A stretch of DNA of 64,000 nt, taken from assembly GCF_016026235.1 (NCBI RefSeq), contig NZ_CP065613.1. One strand, given 5' to 3'. Under the pieces are notes generated by a model that saw nothing but the letters and a program-made list of their open reading frames with translations, was not told the origin of the DNA and did not search any database. Position numbers and translations under genes: made by a program. Below are positions 1-14,701 of this stretch, piece after piece. Source of the DNA: Escherichia coli (GTDB taxonomy: Bacteria; Pseudomonadota; Gammaproteobacteria; Enterobacterales; Enterobacteriaceae). Positions within the stretch are counted from its first letter, which is position 1. Each line of letters starts with the position of its first letter.

Positions 1-2733
1 ATATGCCTGATGATGCGAACGTCCGACGCGACCGCGTAACTGGTGCAGCTGCGCCAGACCGAAGTGATCCGCGCGTTCAATGATAATGGTGTTGGCTGTC
101 GGGATGTCGATCCCGGTTTCGATAATGGTTGTACAAACCAGCACGTTGAAACGTTGATGATGGAAATCATTCATCACCCGTTCCAGTTCGCGCTCGCGCA
201 TCTGCCCGTGACCGATGGCGATCCGCGCTTCTGGCACCAGTTCTGCCAGCCGTTCGGCGGCTTTCTGAATGTTTTCCACATCATTGTAGAGATAATAAAC
301 CTGTCCTCCGCGCAAAATTTCACGCAGGATCGCCTCCCGGACCACCAGGCTGTCATACTCACGGACAAAGGTTTTAACTGCCAGACGACGGGCGGGCGGC
401 GTGGCGATAATCGACAGGTCACGCATTCCGCTCATTGCCATATTCAGCGTACGTGGGATCGGCGTTGCAGTAAGCGTCAGAATATCCACGTTCGCGCGCA
501 TCGCTTTAATACGCTCTTTATGACGCACCCCGAAGCGGTGTTCTTCATCGACAATCAGCAGGCCTAAATCTTTAAACTTGACGTCACTTTGCAGCAGTTT
601 GTGCGTACCGATCAGAATATCGATTTTCCCTTCCGCCACTTCCGCAAGGATTTGCGTCTGCTCTTTGGCGCTGCGGAAACGGGAGATCATTTCGATACGT
701 ACCGGCCAGTTGGCGAAACGGTCGCGGAAGTTGTCGTAATGCTGCTGCGCGAGAAGGGTGGTAGGCACCAACACCGCCACCTGCTTGTGGTTATCTACTG
801 CCAGGAAAGCGGCGCGCATCGCCACTTCTGTTTTACCAAAGCCAACATCGCCGCACACCAGACGATCCATTGCCAGCGGCTGACACATGTCGCTAAGTAC
901 CGCATTAATGGCCTGCGCCTGATCCGGCGTGGTTTCAAACGGGAAGCTGTCGCAGAACAACTGATACTGCTCACGATCGTGTTTAAACGCGAAGCCCTCT
1001 TTGGCGGCGCGTTGCGCGTAGATATCCAGCAATTCCGCCGCCACATCACGCACTTTTTCCGCCGCTTTCTGCCGCGCGCGTGACCACGCATCGCCGCCAA
1101 GTTTATGCAGCGGGGCGTTTTCTTCCGCGCCACCTGCGTAACGGCTAATCAGATGCAGTGACGACACCGGAACATACAGTTTGGCGTCGTTGGCATAGGT
1201 GAGCATCAAATACTCGCCAGTAATGCCGCCCGCTTCGAGCGTGGTCATTCCGGCATAGCGCCCGACACCGTGCTCCAGATGGACCACCGGCTGACCAATA
1301 TGCAGCTCCGCAAGGTTACGGATCAGTGTATCGGGGTTGATGGTGCGGCGAGAATCCTGACGACGGCGGGCAACACGTTCACCGAGCAGATCGCTTTCGC
1401 AGATCAGCGCCAGATTACGCACCTTATCGACAAAACCATGTTCGGCAGCGCCAATCATCAGATAACGCCCACGGTCGCTGGCTTCATCAAGACGCATAAT
1501 GCGTTGCGGAGCAATTTTAATTCGTGCGAGCAGTTCACCCAGCGCTTCACGGCGACCTTCACTTTCTACCGAGAACACCACCGGACCGTCGAAAGTCTCG
1601 AGGAACTTACGCAGCGCATCCAGCGGCGCTTTTTGTTGTGCCTGAACGGCCAGGTCTGGCAGTTTCTGGAAACCTAAATTGGCATTCGCGGCTTTTGTCG
1701 GTAAATGTTCAGTTTTTAGCTGCACCCGGGGCCAGTTTTTCAGCTCTGAGAAGAGCTCGTCCACCCGCAGCCAGAGCGATTGTGGTGGCAACAGCGGGCG
1801 CATCGGATCGACGCCGCGATTCTCAAAACGCGCCAGCGTGTCAGCCTGGAAACGTTCGGCACTGGTTTCCAGATCGCCAGTATTCACGAGCAAGGTATTG
1901 GCAGGGAAATAACTGAACAGCGGCGGCAGTGGTTCGCTGAAGAACAATGGCTGCCAGTACTCGATCCCGGCAGGTAATGTGCCTTTACTCACTTGCTGGT
2001 AAATATGTTCCGGATCGCGCTTCACTTCGAAGGTATCGCGCCACTGGCTGCGGAACAGTTCAATTGCCGCTTTATCGGTCGGAAATTCGTGCGCGGGCAG
2101 CAGATTGATCGCTTCTACTTCCTCCAGCGTGCGCTGGCTGTCGACGTCAAACACCCGCAGGCTGTCGATTTCATCATCAAAGAAATCAAGACGATAAGGC
2201 AGCTCACTCCCCATCGGGAAGAGATCCAGCAACGCGCCGCGCGTGGCGTATTCGCCGTGCTCCATCACCTGGTCAACATGGCGATAACCGGCGCTGTCCA
2301 GTTGGGTTCGTAATGCATCTCGTGACAGGCGCTGACCTTTTTTCATCACCAGCGCATGACCGTGGAGAAAACTGTGTGGGCAAACGCGCTGCATAAGCGT
2401 ATTCACCGGAACAATCAGTACGCCACGCTGCATCGTCGGTAGCTGGTAAAGGGTGGAAAGGCGCGAGGAGATAATGTCCTGATGAGGCGAAAAACTGTCG
2501 TAGGGAAGAGTTTCCCAGTCCGCCAGATTCATCACCATCTGATCGGTGAACTGGCTGATTTCATCATGCAAACGCAGAGCATTTTGCATATCTGGTGCAA
2601 TGAGTACCACCGGACCGGCGTGACGTTCGGCAATTTCCGCTACCAGCGTTGCACAGGCTGCGCCGGTTAACTCGCCCAGCAGACGCTGCTCACCCGCTTT
2701 GACGGGCAGCGTATAACGATATTGTTCAGGCAT
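1..2733 (-). CDS. mfd: transcription-repair coupling factor Mfd (partial, C-terminus beyond window start)
   Basis: Reverse complement from ATG at 2733..2731 reads [16 protein letters not shown], the Mfd N-terminus; minus-strand frame stays open to position 1; plus-strand ORFs here are short antisense fragments. Confidence 0.9.
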   Translation of the reverse strand, partial: MPEQYRYTLPVKAGEQRLLGELTGAACATLVAEIAERHAGPVVLIAPDMQNALRLHDEISQFTDQMVMNLADWETLPYDSFSPHQDIISSRLSTLYQLPTMQRGVLIVPVNTLMQRVCPHSFLHGHALVMKKGQRLSRDALRTQLDSAGYRHVDQVMEHGEYATRGALLDLFPMGSELPYRLDFFDDEIDSLRVFDVDSQRTLEEVEAINLLPAHEFPTDKAAIELFRSQWRDTFEVKRDPEHIYQQVSKGTLPAGIEYWQPLFFSEPLPPLFSYFPANTLLVNTGDLETSAERFQADTLARFENRGVDPMRPLLPPQSLWLRVDELFSELKNWPRVQLKTEHLPTKAANANLGFQKLPDLAVQAQQKAPLDALRKFLETFDGPVVFSVESEGRREALGELLARIKIAPQRIMRLDEASDRGRYLMIGAAEHGFVDKVRNLALICESDLLGERVARRRQDSRRTINPDTLIRNLAELHIGQPVVHLEHGVGRYAGMTTLEAGGITGEYLMLTYANDAKLYVPVSSLHLISRYAGGAEENAPLHKLGGDAWSRARQKAAEKVRDVAAELLDIYAQRAAKEGFAFKHDREQYQLFCDSFPFETTPDQAQAINAVLSDMCQPLAMDRLVCGDVGFGKTEVAMRAAFLAVDNHKQVAVLVPTTLLAQQHYDNFRDRFANWPVRIEMISRFRSAKEQTQILAEVAEGKIDILIGTHKLLQSDVKFKDLGLLIVDEEHRFGVRHKERIKAMRANVDILTLTATPIPRTLNMAMSGMRDLSIIATPPARRLAVKTFVREYDSLVVREAILREILRGGQVYYLYNDVENIQKAAERLAELVPEARIAIGHGQMRERELERVMNDFHHQRFNVLVCTTIIETGIDIPTANTIIIERADHFGLAQLHQLRGRVGRSHHQAY

Positions 2734-2860
2734 AACGGTTGTCAGATTCTCGTTAGGATATGCCTCAACATATGGGGGCATATCTCTGATAAGCAATGCT
2801 GTTCATTATCCGTAATCGACATGGTTTAGCAAATTGAATCGCCCCGGCTGGGGCGATGGT

Positions 2861-3934
2861 TTAACGAGAGTAACTGACGGCAGCGGGCAGTGAAGGCGGG
2901 GAGAACAACAGATCGCTGAATGCACGCTGTGAAAGTTTTCTTACCAGCAAGCCCGCAACAGTACAGATGAACAAACTGACAAAGGGATAAACCAGCAGGA
3001 GTGTCAGTTCGACTTGCGGCGACCAGCGTGCTGCGTTCATTTGCGCAAGCAGAGTTAAGCTGAATATTTCAACCAGAATGCGATGGGTGGTGTAGATAGC
3101 AATGGTGTTGGAGCCAATCACATTCAGCAGGCTGGTGGAGCGCATACCGAATCGTTGCTCGTATTGATAAAACAGCTTCATGATCACCACAATCGATACC
3201 AGCGACAACAGCAGCGAGATAGTAAACAACCAGGCACCGACCGCCAGAACGGTAAGCAAAGAAGCCATCAGCAGATGGCGGCGCAACGGCACCTCTTTAA
3301 CACAGGTCATTATTGTTGCGCCAAACCATGCGCCAAGGCTGTAATAAAGCAAATTGCGGATCACACTGTTCATTCCCCACCACGGCGTGGGAACGAAATT
3401 AACCGCCACACTCAGCAGTACAAACAAGGCGAATAGTGGCAGCGCCAGACGGCTAAAAATTTTACATACCACGAAATAGACAATTAACGCATACAGATAC
3501 CACAAGCTGGTGCTGGCGGTGATCATCCCGTGCAGGAACTCACCGGTGGAATCGGCATAAGCGGCATTGGAGGCATTGCTTAAATCGCGCTCAGGTGCCA
3601 GCCACTGGTTCAGCGCACTTAACGCCAGCCACTGCACCACGCCCCAAAGCGCCAGCACCCAGAAGATGTTCCAGATCCGTTTATCGAGACAATTTCCCCA
3701 CGGTACGCTGTCGATATAGCGGCGAATCAAATAGCCGGATATAAAGAAAAAAACCGGCATACGAAAGGGGGCAAGGTAAAGATTGAAATAGATCCAGCAT
3801 TTGCTCAGGACTTCCGATAACGGATGCTGAAAAGTGGTCAGATGCGGATAAAAGGTAATGACCGAGTGATAAATCACCACCAGACAAATACATAACCCTT
3901 TGATCTGGTTAATCCATAGCTCTTTTTGTTTCAT
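2861..3934 (-). CDS. ycfT: inner membrane acyltransferase-family protein YcfT
   Basis: 357-aa hydrophobic ORF, ATG confirmed at 3934..3932; position after mfd matches K-12 order. Confidence 0.85.
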   Translation of the reverse strand: MKQKELWINQIKGLCICLVVIYHSVITFYPHLTTFQHPLSEVLSKCWIYFNLYLAPFRMPVFFFISGYLIRRYIDSVPWGNCLDKRIWNIFWVLALWGVVQWLALSALNQWLAPERDLSNASNAAYADSTGEFLHGMITASTSLWYLYALIVYFVVCKIFSRLALPLFALFVLLSVAVNFVPTPWWGMNSVIRNLLYYSLGAWFGATIMTCVKEVPLRRHLLMASLLTVLAVGAWLFTISLLLSLVSIVVIMKLFYQYEQRFGMRSTSLLNVIGSNTIAIYTTHRILVEIFSLTLLAQMNAARWSPQVELTLLLVYPFVSLFICTVAGLLVRKLSQRAFSDLLFSPPSLPAAVSYSR

Positions 3935-4084
3935 CAGGACAACACGCTCTTTTTTAATTTACATGCGGTTGATCCTGCGGGTTATGACCCGAGGTGTAAT
4001 GGGTATCTGTCTGTATTGGATGATTTTTCAGATTAAGATCAGGCGGCAAGATTGATGATAAAACATGGCAATTTAGCCGATTGA

Positions 4085-7333
<3,249 letters not shown>

Positions 7334-7361
7334 AGGCAGTACATTAAAACAAGGAGCGGCA

Positions 7362-8273
7362 ATGTATTACGGGTTTGATATTGGTGGAACAAAAATTGCG
7401 CTTGGCGTGTTTGATAGCGGTCGGCAGTTGCAGTGGGAAAAGCGGGTGCCGACACCGCGTGACAGCTATGACGCATTTTTAGATGCAGTATGCGAGCTGG
7501 TAGCCGAAGCTGACCAACGTTTTGGCTGTAAAGGTTCTGTTGGCATCGGTATTCCGGGAATGCCGGAAACAGAAGATGGTACGCTGTATGCCGCCAATGT
7601 CCCCGCTGCCAGCGGTAAACCGCTGCGTGCCGACCTGAGCGCACGTCTTGATCGCGATGTACGCCTTGATAACGATGCCAACTGTTTTGCCCTTTCAGAA
7701 GCCTGGGATGATGAATTTACGCAATATCCACTGGTGATGGGGTTAATTCTCGGCACCGGCGTTGGCGGCGGGCTGATTTTCAACGGTAAACCGATTACCG
7801 GTAAAAGCTACATTACCGGCGAGTTTGGCCATATGCGTCTGCCGGTTGATGCGTTAACCATGATGGGGCTGGATTTCCCGTTACGCCGCTGCGGCTGTGG
7901 TCAAATTGGTTGTATCGAAAATTATCTATCAGGTCGGGGCTTTGCGTGGCTCTGGCAACACTATTATCATCAACCGTTGCAGGCTCCCGAAATTATTGCG
8001 CTTTATGATCAAGGCGATGAGCAGGCAAGGGCGCACGTTGAGCGTTATCTGGATTTATTAGCGGTTTGTCTGGGAAATATCCTGACCATCGTTGACTCTG
8101 ACCTGGTCGTCATTGGTGGTGGCTTATCGAATTTCCCGGCAATCACAACGCAACTGGCGGACAGGCTGCCTCGTCATCTCTTACCTGTAGCTCGTGTTCC
8201 GCGCATTGAACGCGCGCGCCACGGTGATGCGGGAGGAATGCGTGGTGCGGCCTTCCTACATCTAACCGATTAA
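7362..8273 (+). CDS. nagK: N-acetyl-D-glucosamine kinase NagK
   Basis: ATG at 7362 ([16 protein letters not shown]), 303 aa, ROK-family motifs. Confidence 0.9.
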   Translation: MYYGFDIGGTKIALGVFDSGRQLQWEKRVPTPRDSYDAFLDAVCELVAEADQRFGCKGSVGIGIPGMPETEDGTLYAANVPAASGKPLRADLSARLDRDVRLDNDANCFALSEAWDDEFTQYPLVMGLILGTGVGGGLIFNGKPITGKSYITGEFGHMRLPVDALTMMGLDFPLRRCGCGQIGCIENYLSGRGFAWLWQHYYHQPLQAPEIIALYDQGDEQARAHVERYLDLLAVCLGNILTIVDSDLVVIGGGLSNFPAITTQLADRLPRHLLPVARVPRIERARHGDAGGMRGAAFLHLTD

Positions 8274-8288
8274 ACAACAGAGGTTGCT

Positions 8289-9110
8289 ATGCTGTCGCGT
8301 CGGGGTCATCGGTTAAGTCGTTTTCGTAAAAATAAACGCCGCCTGCGCGAGCGTTTGCGTCAGCGTATTTTTTTCAGAGATAAAGTGGTGCCGGAAGCAA
8401 TGGAAAAACCAAGAGTACTCGTACTGACAGGGGCAGGAATTTCTGCGGAATCAGGTATTCGTACCTTTCGCGCCGCAGATGGCCTGTGGGAAGAACATCG
8501 GGTTGAAGATGTGGCAACGCCGGAAGGTTTCGATCGCGATCCTGAACTGGTGCAAGCGTTTTATAACGCCCGTCGTCGACAGCTGCAGCAGCCAGAAATT
8601 CAGCCTAACGCCGCGCATCTTGCGCTGGCTAAACTGCAAGACGCCCTCGGCGATCGCTTTTTGCTGGTAACGCAGAATATAGACAACCTGCATGAACGCG
8701 CAGGTAATACCAATGTCATTCATATGCATGGGGAATTGCTGAAAGTTCGTTGTTCGCAAAGTGGTCAGGTTCTCGACTGGACCGGAGACGTTACGCCAGA
8801 AGATAAATGCCATTGTTGCCAGTTCCCGGCACCCTTGCGCCCGCACGTCGTTTGGTTTGGCGAAATGCCACTCGGCATGGATGAAATTTATATGGCGTTG
8901 TCGATGGCTGATATTTTCATTGCCATTGGTACTTCCGGGCATGTTTATCCGGCGGCTGGGTTTGTTCACGAAGCGAAACTGCATGGCGCGCACACCGTGG
9001 AACTGAATCTCGAACCAAGTCAGGTCGGTAATGAATTTGCCGAGAAATATTACGGCCCGGCAAGCCAGGTGGTGCCTGAGTTTGTTGAAAAGTTGCTGAA
9101 GGGATTATAA
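8289..9110 (+). CDS. cobB: NAD-dependent protein deacylase CobB (sirtuin), long isoform; short isoform start near 8400
   Basis: 273-aa ORF with arginine-rich N-terminus and sirtuin core ([10 protein letters not shown]); internal Met at [13 protein letters not shown] corresponds to the known short isoform; 3' end appears shifted (see findings). Confidence 0.88.
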   Translation: MLSRRGHRLSRFRKNKRRLRERLRQRIFFRDKVVPEAMEKPRVLVLTGAGISAESGIRTFRAADGLWEEHRVEDVATPEGFDRDPELVQAFYNARRRQLQQPEIQPNAAHLALAKLQDALGDRFLLVTQNIDNLHERAGNTNVIHMHGELLKVRCSQSGQVLDWTGDVTPEDKCHCCQFPAPLRPHVVWFGEMPLGMDEIYMALSMADIFIAIGTSGHVYPAAGFVHEAKLHGAHTVELNLEPSQVGNEFAEKYYGPASQVVPEFVEKLLKGL

Positions 9111-9123
9111 AGCAGGAAGCATT

Positions 9124-9152
9124 GCCTGATGCGCTACGCTTATCAGGTCTAC
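9124..9152. repeat. REP (repetitive extragenic palindrome) element
   Basis: GCCTGATGCGCTACGCTTATCAGGTCTAC matches the REP consensus pattern; lies between convergent cobB and potD. Confidence 0.7.
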
Positions 9153-9230
9153 AAGCGGACCACAATACCGACGAAAGAGCGGGATAAAACTTTACTGTCC
9201 TGACTCATTAGCCACATCCTTGCTAACTAA

Positions 9231-9260
9231 AAAACGGGCGGTAATACCACCGCCCGTTTG
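9231..9260. terminator. bidirectional rho-independent terminator between cobB and potD
   Basis: Hairpin CGGGCGGTAATACCACCGCCCG flanked by an A-run upstream and T-run downstream. Confidence 0.7.
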
Positions 9261-9265
9261 CTGAA

Positions 9266-10312
9266 TTAACGTCCTGCTTTCAGCTTCTGATAATACTCTT
9301 CATAAATGCTACTGGCTGCGCCAACGTCATTTTGCCATTCACCATTTTTAATGGTTTCAGCATCCGGGTAGAGCGTTTTATCGTTCGCCACTTCTGGGCT
9401 TAACAGCTTACGCGCCGCAAGGTTTGGCGTTGGATAACCGATAGTTTCGGCAACCTGTTTTGCCACATCCGGGCGCAGCAGGAAGTTGATCAATTTCAGC
9501 GCGCCTTCTTTGTTTTTGGCATTTGCCGGGATCGCCAGGCTGTCCATCCAGAATATGCCGCCTTCTTTCGGCCACACCACGTCAATAGGCGTACCCGCCT
9601 GGCGTGCAACGAAAGCAGAACCGTTCCAGATCATGCCGAGGTTAACTTCGCCTTCCATGTACGGGTTAGCCGGGTTATCGGAGTTAAACGCTGCGACGTT
9701 TGGCATCAGTTTTTTCAGCTCGTTATATGCAGCTTCAATCTCTTTCGGATCGGTGGTGTTACCGGAGTAGCCCAGCTTACGCAGCGCCATCTGGAACACT
9801 TCACGGGCATCGTCGGTCAACAGCAGGCTGCCTTTGTACTCTGGCTTCCACAGATCGGCCCAGCTGGTGACAGATTTTGGATCCACCGCATCACCGTTAA
9901 CACCAATCGCCGTCGCACCCCAGATATACGGAATGGAGTAATCGTTATTCGGGTCAAACGGCTTATTGAGCATGTCTGGATCGAGATTGCTGAAGTTCGT
10001 TAACTTCGACTTGTCGATCTTCTGGATCATCCCTTCTTTACGCATTTTATCGACGTAATAGGTTGAAGGAACCACCAGGTCATAGGCACCGTCTTTGTAC
10101 GTTTTCAGCTTGGCATACATGGTTTCGTTCGACTCGTAAGTCGAATAGATAACCTTAATACCGGTTTCTTTGGTGAACTGTTCAAGCAGTCCTGGCGGCA
10201 CGTACTCGGTCCAGTTGTAGAAATACAGCGTGTTGTTGTCATCGGCGTGAGCGGCGCTCATGCCCAGTGCCAGAGCACCCGCCGCGAGCAGGTGGCGTGA
10301 CCATTTTTTCAT
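9266..10312 (-). CDS. potD: spermidine/putrescine ABC transporter periplasmic binding protein PotD
   Basis: 348-aa ORF with signal peptide MKKWSRHLLAAGALALGMSAAHA; ATG confirmed at 10312. Confidence 0.93.
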   Translation of the reverse strand: MKKWSRHLLAAGALALGMSAAHADDNNTLYFYNWTEYVPPGLLEQFTKETGIKVIYSTYESNETMYAKLKTYKDGAYDLVVPSTYYVDKMRKEGMIQKIDKSKLTNFSNLDPDMLNKPFDPNNDYSIPYIWGATAIGVNGDAVDPKSVTSWADLWKPEYKGSLLLTDDAREVFQMALRKLGYSGNTTDPKEIEAAYNELKKLMPNVAAFNSDNPANPYMEGEVNLGMIWNGSAFVARQAGTPIDVVWPKEGGIFWMDSLAIPANAKNKEGALKLINFLLRPDVAKQVAETIGYPTPNLAARKLLSPEVANDKTLYPDAETIKNGEWQNDVGAASSIYEEYYQKLKAGR

Positions 10313-11103
10313 TTAACGTCCCCTGTGTTACCTTTCGTTTTATCACGAGCAATAAGCTGGCTGGCAATAACCATCACCAGCGACAGCACCAGTAATATGG
10401 TTGCCAGCGCGTTAACTTCCGGCGATACGCCGACTTTGACCATCGAATAAATTTTTAACGGCAGAATTTCATAACTCGGCCCGGTGACGAACGAAGAAAC
10501 CACCACATCGTCCATCGACAGGGTAAAGCTTAACACCCAGCCCGCCGCCACCGCTGGCATTGCCAGTGGCAGAATGATTTTTCGCAGAATGGTAAATTCG
10601 CTGGCACCGAGATCTTTCGCCGCTTCCAGCATTCGCACGTCAAAACCTTTCAGGCGCGAATACACCGTCACCACCACAAATGGCAGGCAGAAGGTGATAT
10701 GCGAGAACAGCAGCGACCAGAAGCCAAGCTGAATACCCAGCAGCATAAACAGCACCAGCAGCGAAATTGCCATCACGATATCTGGTGACATCATTACCAC
10801 AAACAGCATTCCGCTAACGAACGGCTTACCACGAAAGCGATAACGGTACAGTGCAACTGCCGTCAGTGAACCGATAAGAGTAGCAAACGTCGCCGAAAAC
10901 ACCGCCATTGTTAGTGAATGCTGCGCTGCCTGTAACAGGCTGTCGTTGTTCATCAGCAAGCTATACCATTTAGTGGTAAAACCCTGCCAGTTGATGCCAA
11001 AGCGCGAGCTGTTAAAGGAGTTCACAATCAAAATAATGATTGGGATATACAGGTACGCGTAGATAGCGGTCATAAAACCGCCGCGAAGCAGTCGACCGAT
11101 CAT
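10309..11103 (-). CDS. potC: spermidine/putrescine ABC transporter permease PotC
   Basis: 264-aa membrane ORF, 4-nt overlap with potD and potB. Confidence 0.92.
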   Translation of the reverse strand: MIGRLLRGGFMTAIYAYLYIPIIILIVNSFNSSRFGINWQGFTTKWYSLLMNNDSLLQAAQHSLTMAVFSATFATLIGSLTAVALYRYRFRGKPFVSGMLFVVMMSPDIVMAISLLVLFMLLGIQLGFWSLLFSHITFCLPFVVVTVYSRLKGFDVRMLEAAKDLGASEFTILRKIILPLAMPAVAAGWVLSFTLSMDDVVVSSFVTGPSYEILPLKIYSMVKVGVSPEVNALATILLVLSLVMVIASQLIARDKTKGNTGDVK

Positions 11104-11957
11104 TCGAGTTCCACCTTTTTATTCAGCAGACGAGAAGCGCGCCAGTAAACCAGCAACATCAGGCCCATTACGATAGTCAGCGTAATGCTGGTGGCTGCAC
11201 CAAACGGCCAGTCACGAATATTGAGGAACTGTACCTTGATGACGTTACCGATCAGCAGGTTTTTCGCACCGCCCATCAGGTCGGACACATAGAACAGGCC
11301 CATCGCTGGCAGCATCACCAGCAGACATCCGGCAATAATCCCCGGCATCGTCAGTGGAATAATGATACGGATAAAAGTCTGTAACTTGCTGGCACCGAGA
11401 TCGCGCGCCGCCTCAAGCAACGGCTTATCCAGTTTTTCGATACTGGAGTACAGCGGCATCACCATAAACGGCAGCAGAATGTAAACCAGACCGATAATCA
11501 CCGCACTGGGCGTGAACATGATACGGATTGGTGTGTCGATAACGCCCAGCCAGAGCAAAAACTCGTTGAGATAGCCTTTGGTGCTGAGGAAAATTTTCAG
11601 CCCGTAGATGCGAATCAGTGAGTTGGTCCAGAAGGGAACAATCAGCAGAAACAGCAGCAGCGGACGCACCTTGTGTGGCAGCTTCGCCAGAAACCAGGCA
11701 AACGGGTAGCCCAGCACCAGGCAGGCGAGGGTGGCGATCAGCGCCATATTCAGCGAGTGCAATAGCACTTCAAAATAGAGCGGATCGAGCAGACGTGTGT
11801 AGTTATCCAGCGTAAAGACCATTTTGACGAAACTGGCGTCGTCGCGGGTCAAAAAGCTGGTGCCAATGATCATCAGGTTGGGCAGAAAGACAAACAACAC
11901 AAGCCAACCGACAATAGTGACAATCACTACATTCTGGAACTTACTTGTGTTCTTCAT
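11100..11957 (-). CDS. potB: spermidine/putrescine ABC transporter permease PotB (longest ORF; annotated start may be the GTG at 11927)
   Basis: Membrane ORF in pot operon; ATG at 11957 overlaps the potA 3' end; the K-12 annotation as I recall it starts about 10 codons further in. Confidence 0.85.
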
Positions 11958-13077
11958 CAGCCAGTACGACCTCCCAGCTTTCTACCCAATTAATGGCCAT
12001 TTTTTGGTCGAGAGAGTGGTCAAAGTCAGGATCGTCTTCATTGAAGAATTCGCTGACCATCACCATCTTGCCATTTTCCAGTTCAACAACCGACTCCAGC
12101 GTCATGCCTTTGTAGTTACGCTCACGAACGTAACCAATCAGCCCTTCAGCGTGGTTGTCGTCGTTAATCTCTTCAACACGTAAGTCTTCCGGGCGCAGCA
12201 GAACATGCAGTTTTTGCCCCGGTTCTACGGCGAAGTTAACGTAGATATTACATTCGCGGCCTTCAACGTTGGCGCGTACGCGCTGCTCGTCGAGACGTTC
12301 GATAACAGTGGCGTTAAACATATTGATTTCGCCAATGAACCCGGCAACAAACAGGTTTTTCGGCTCTTCGTAGATTTCACGCGGCGTGCCGTCTTGCTCA
12401 ATGCGACCATCGCGCATCACCACAATCCTGTCTGACATGGTGAGTGCTTCTTCCTGATCGTGAGTCACGAAGACGAATGTAATGCCAAGCTTACGCTGTA
12501 ACGCTTTCAGCTCGTTCTGCATTTGCTTACGCAGTTTGTAATCCAGCGCTGAGAGCGACTCATCCAGCAACAACAGACGAGGCTTGTTAACCACCGCGCG
12601 AGCAATGGCGACGCGTTGCTGTTGACCACCAGAGAGCTGATGCGGTTTACGTTGAGCGAAGGTTTCCAGCTGCACCATCCGCAGGGCTTCCATCACGCGG
12701 GGCGTAATTTCAGCAGCGGGGGTTTTTTGCATGCGCAACCCAAAGGCCACATTTTCGAACACGGTCATGTGGGGGAAAAGTGCGTAGCTTTGGAAAACAG
12801 TGTTCACATAGCGGTTTTCCGCCGGAACGTGGGTGATGTCCTCGTTATCCAGCATGATGCGTCCGGAATCAACAGTTTCCAGACCTGCAATCAGGCGAAG
12901 AACGGTTGTTTTACCGCAGCCAGAAGGGCCAAGCAGCGTGAGGAACTCGCCATTGTTGATAGTCAGATCCAACTGGGGAATGACCTCTTTACCATCAAAG
13001 CATTTGCGAATTCCCGCCAATTGCACCAGCGGTGAAAGCGAACTCGGTTGTTTATTCAATTTTTTACTCTGTCCCAT
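11941..13077 (-). CDS. potA: spermidine/putrescine ABC transporter ATPase PotA
   Basis: 378 aa; Walker [10 protein letters not shown], signature [11 protein letters not shown] at 13077. Confidence 0.93.
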
Positions 13078-13326
13078 GTAAACGCAACGGATGGCTTACC
13101 GATGCGGGGTTTGTGGTTAACCACCTTGGTGACTCTTAATGAGGGCGGTAATTCTACGGCAAACCGCTTGAATCGCCAATCTTTGTTGTGAATTACTGGC
13201 TTAGCTTTATATTCATTAAGGTAATGCTGATAAATATTCCCGCTTGCAGGGGTAAAAGTGACCTGACGCAATATTTGTCTTTTCTTGCTTCTTAATAATG
13301 TTGTCACAAAAAGTGAGGGTGACTAC

Positions 13327-14556
13327 ATGGATAAACTACTTGAGCGATTTTTGAACTACGTGTCTCTGGATACCCAATCAAAAGCAGGGGTGAGACAGGT
13401 TCCCAGCACGGAAGGCCAATGGAAGTTATTGCATCTGCTGAAAGAGCAGCTCGAAGAGATGGGGCTTATCAATGTGACCTTAAGTGAGAAGGGCACTTTG
13501 ATGGCGACGTTACCGGCTAACGTCCCTGGCGATATCCCGGCGATTGGCTTTATTTCTCATGTGGATACCTCACCGGATTGCAGCGGCAAAAATGTGAATC
13601 CGCAAATTGTTGAAAACTATCGCGGTGGCGATATTGCGCTGGGTATCGGCGATGAAGTTTTATCACCGGTTATGTTCCCGGTGCTGCATCAGCTACTGGG
13701 TCAGACGCTGATTACTACCGATGGTAAAACCTTGTTAGGTGCCGATGACAAAGCCGGTATTGCAGAAATCATGACCGCGCTGGCGGTATTGCAACAGAAA
13801 AACATTCCGCATGGTGATATTCGCGTCGCCTTTACCCCGGATGAAGAAGTGGGCAAAGGGGCGAAACATTTTGATGTTGACGCCTTCGATGCCCGCTGGG
13901 CTTACACTGTTGATGGTGGTGGTGTAGGCGAACTGGAGTTTGAAAACTTCAACGCCGCGTCGGTCAATATCAAAATTGTCGGTAACAATGTTCACCCGGG
14001 TACGGCGAAAGGAGTGATGGTAAATGCGCTGTCGCTGGCGGCACGTATTCATGCGGAAGTTCCGGCGGATGAAAGCCCGGAAATGACAGAAGGCTATGAA
14101 GGTTTCTATCACCTGGCGAGCATGAAAGGCACCGTTGAACGGGCCGATATGCACTACATCATCCGTGATTTCGACCGTAAACAGTTTGAAGCGCGTAAAC
14201 GTAAAATGATGGAGATCGCCAAAAAAGTGGGCAAAGGGTTACATCCTGATTGCTACATTGAATTGGTGATTGAAGACAGTTACTACAATATGCGCGAGAA
14301 AGTGGTTGAGCATCCGCATATTCTCGATATCGCCCAGCAGGCGATGCGTGACTGCGATATTGAACCGGAACTGAAACCGATCCGCGGTGGTACCGACGGC
14401 GCGCAGTTGTCGTTTATGGGATTACCGTGCCCGAACCTGTTCACTGGCGGTTACAACTATCATGGTAAGCATGAGTTTGTGACTCTGGAAGGTATGGAAA
14501 AAGCGGTGCAGGTGATCGTCCGTATTGCCGAGTTAACGGCGCAACGGAAGTCGTGA
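13327..14556 (+). CDS. pepT: peptidase T (tripeptide aminopeptidase)
   Basis: Track ORF trimmed to ATG at 13327 ([19 protein letters not shown]); M20-family metallopeptidase. Confidence 0.9.
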   Translation: MDKLLERFLNYVSLDTQSKAGVRQVPSTEGQWKLLHLLKEQLEEMGLINVTLSEKGTLMATLPANVPGDIPAIGFISHVDTSPDCSGKNVNPQIVENYRGGDIALGIGDEVLSPVMFPVLHQLLGQTLITTDGKTLLGADDKAGIAEIMTALAVLQQKNIPHGDIRVAFTPDEEVGKGAKHFDVDAFDARWAYTVDGGGVGELEFENFNAASVNIKIVGNNVHPGTAKGVMVNALSLAARIHAEVPADESPEMTEGYEGFYHLASMKGTVERADMHYIIRDFDRKQFEARKRKMMEIAKKVGKGLHPDCYIELVIEDSYYNMREKVVEHPHILDIAQQAMRDCDIEPELKPIRGGTDGAQLSFMGLPCPNLFTGGYNYHGKHEFVTLEGMEKAVQVIVRIAELTAQRKS

Positions 14557-14559
14557 TTG

Positions 14560-14700
14560 CCCGATGCGTATGTGGACTGCCAATTACCGGGATGAAACCG
14601 TTATATTGACACTGGTCCACATACTTATCGTGCCTACAGGCGTTCAGTGCATGTAGGCACGATAAGGCGCAATCAGCGCCGCATCCGGCTTAAATCCAAA
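14560..14700. repeat. REP-like palindromic repeat cluster between pepT and roxA
   Basis: Inverted repeats GTATGTGGAC/GTCCACATAC and GCCTACAGGCG...GCGCCGCATCCGGC in a convergent intergenic region. Confidence 0.5.
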
Positions 14701-14701
14701 C

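Noticed and set aside
43-2670. Multiple plus-strand ORFs of 60-175 aa inside the mfd region
   Set aside because: All are antisense to the continuous minus-strand mfd reading frame, typical of frame artefacts in a GC-rich gene.
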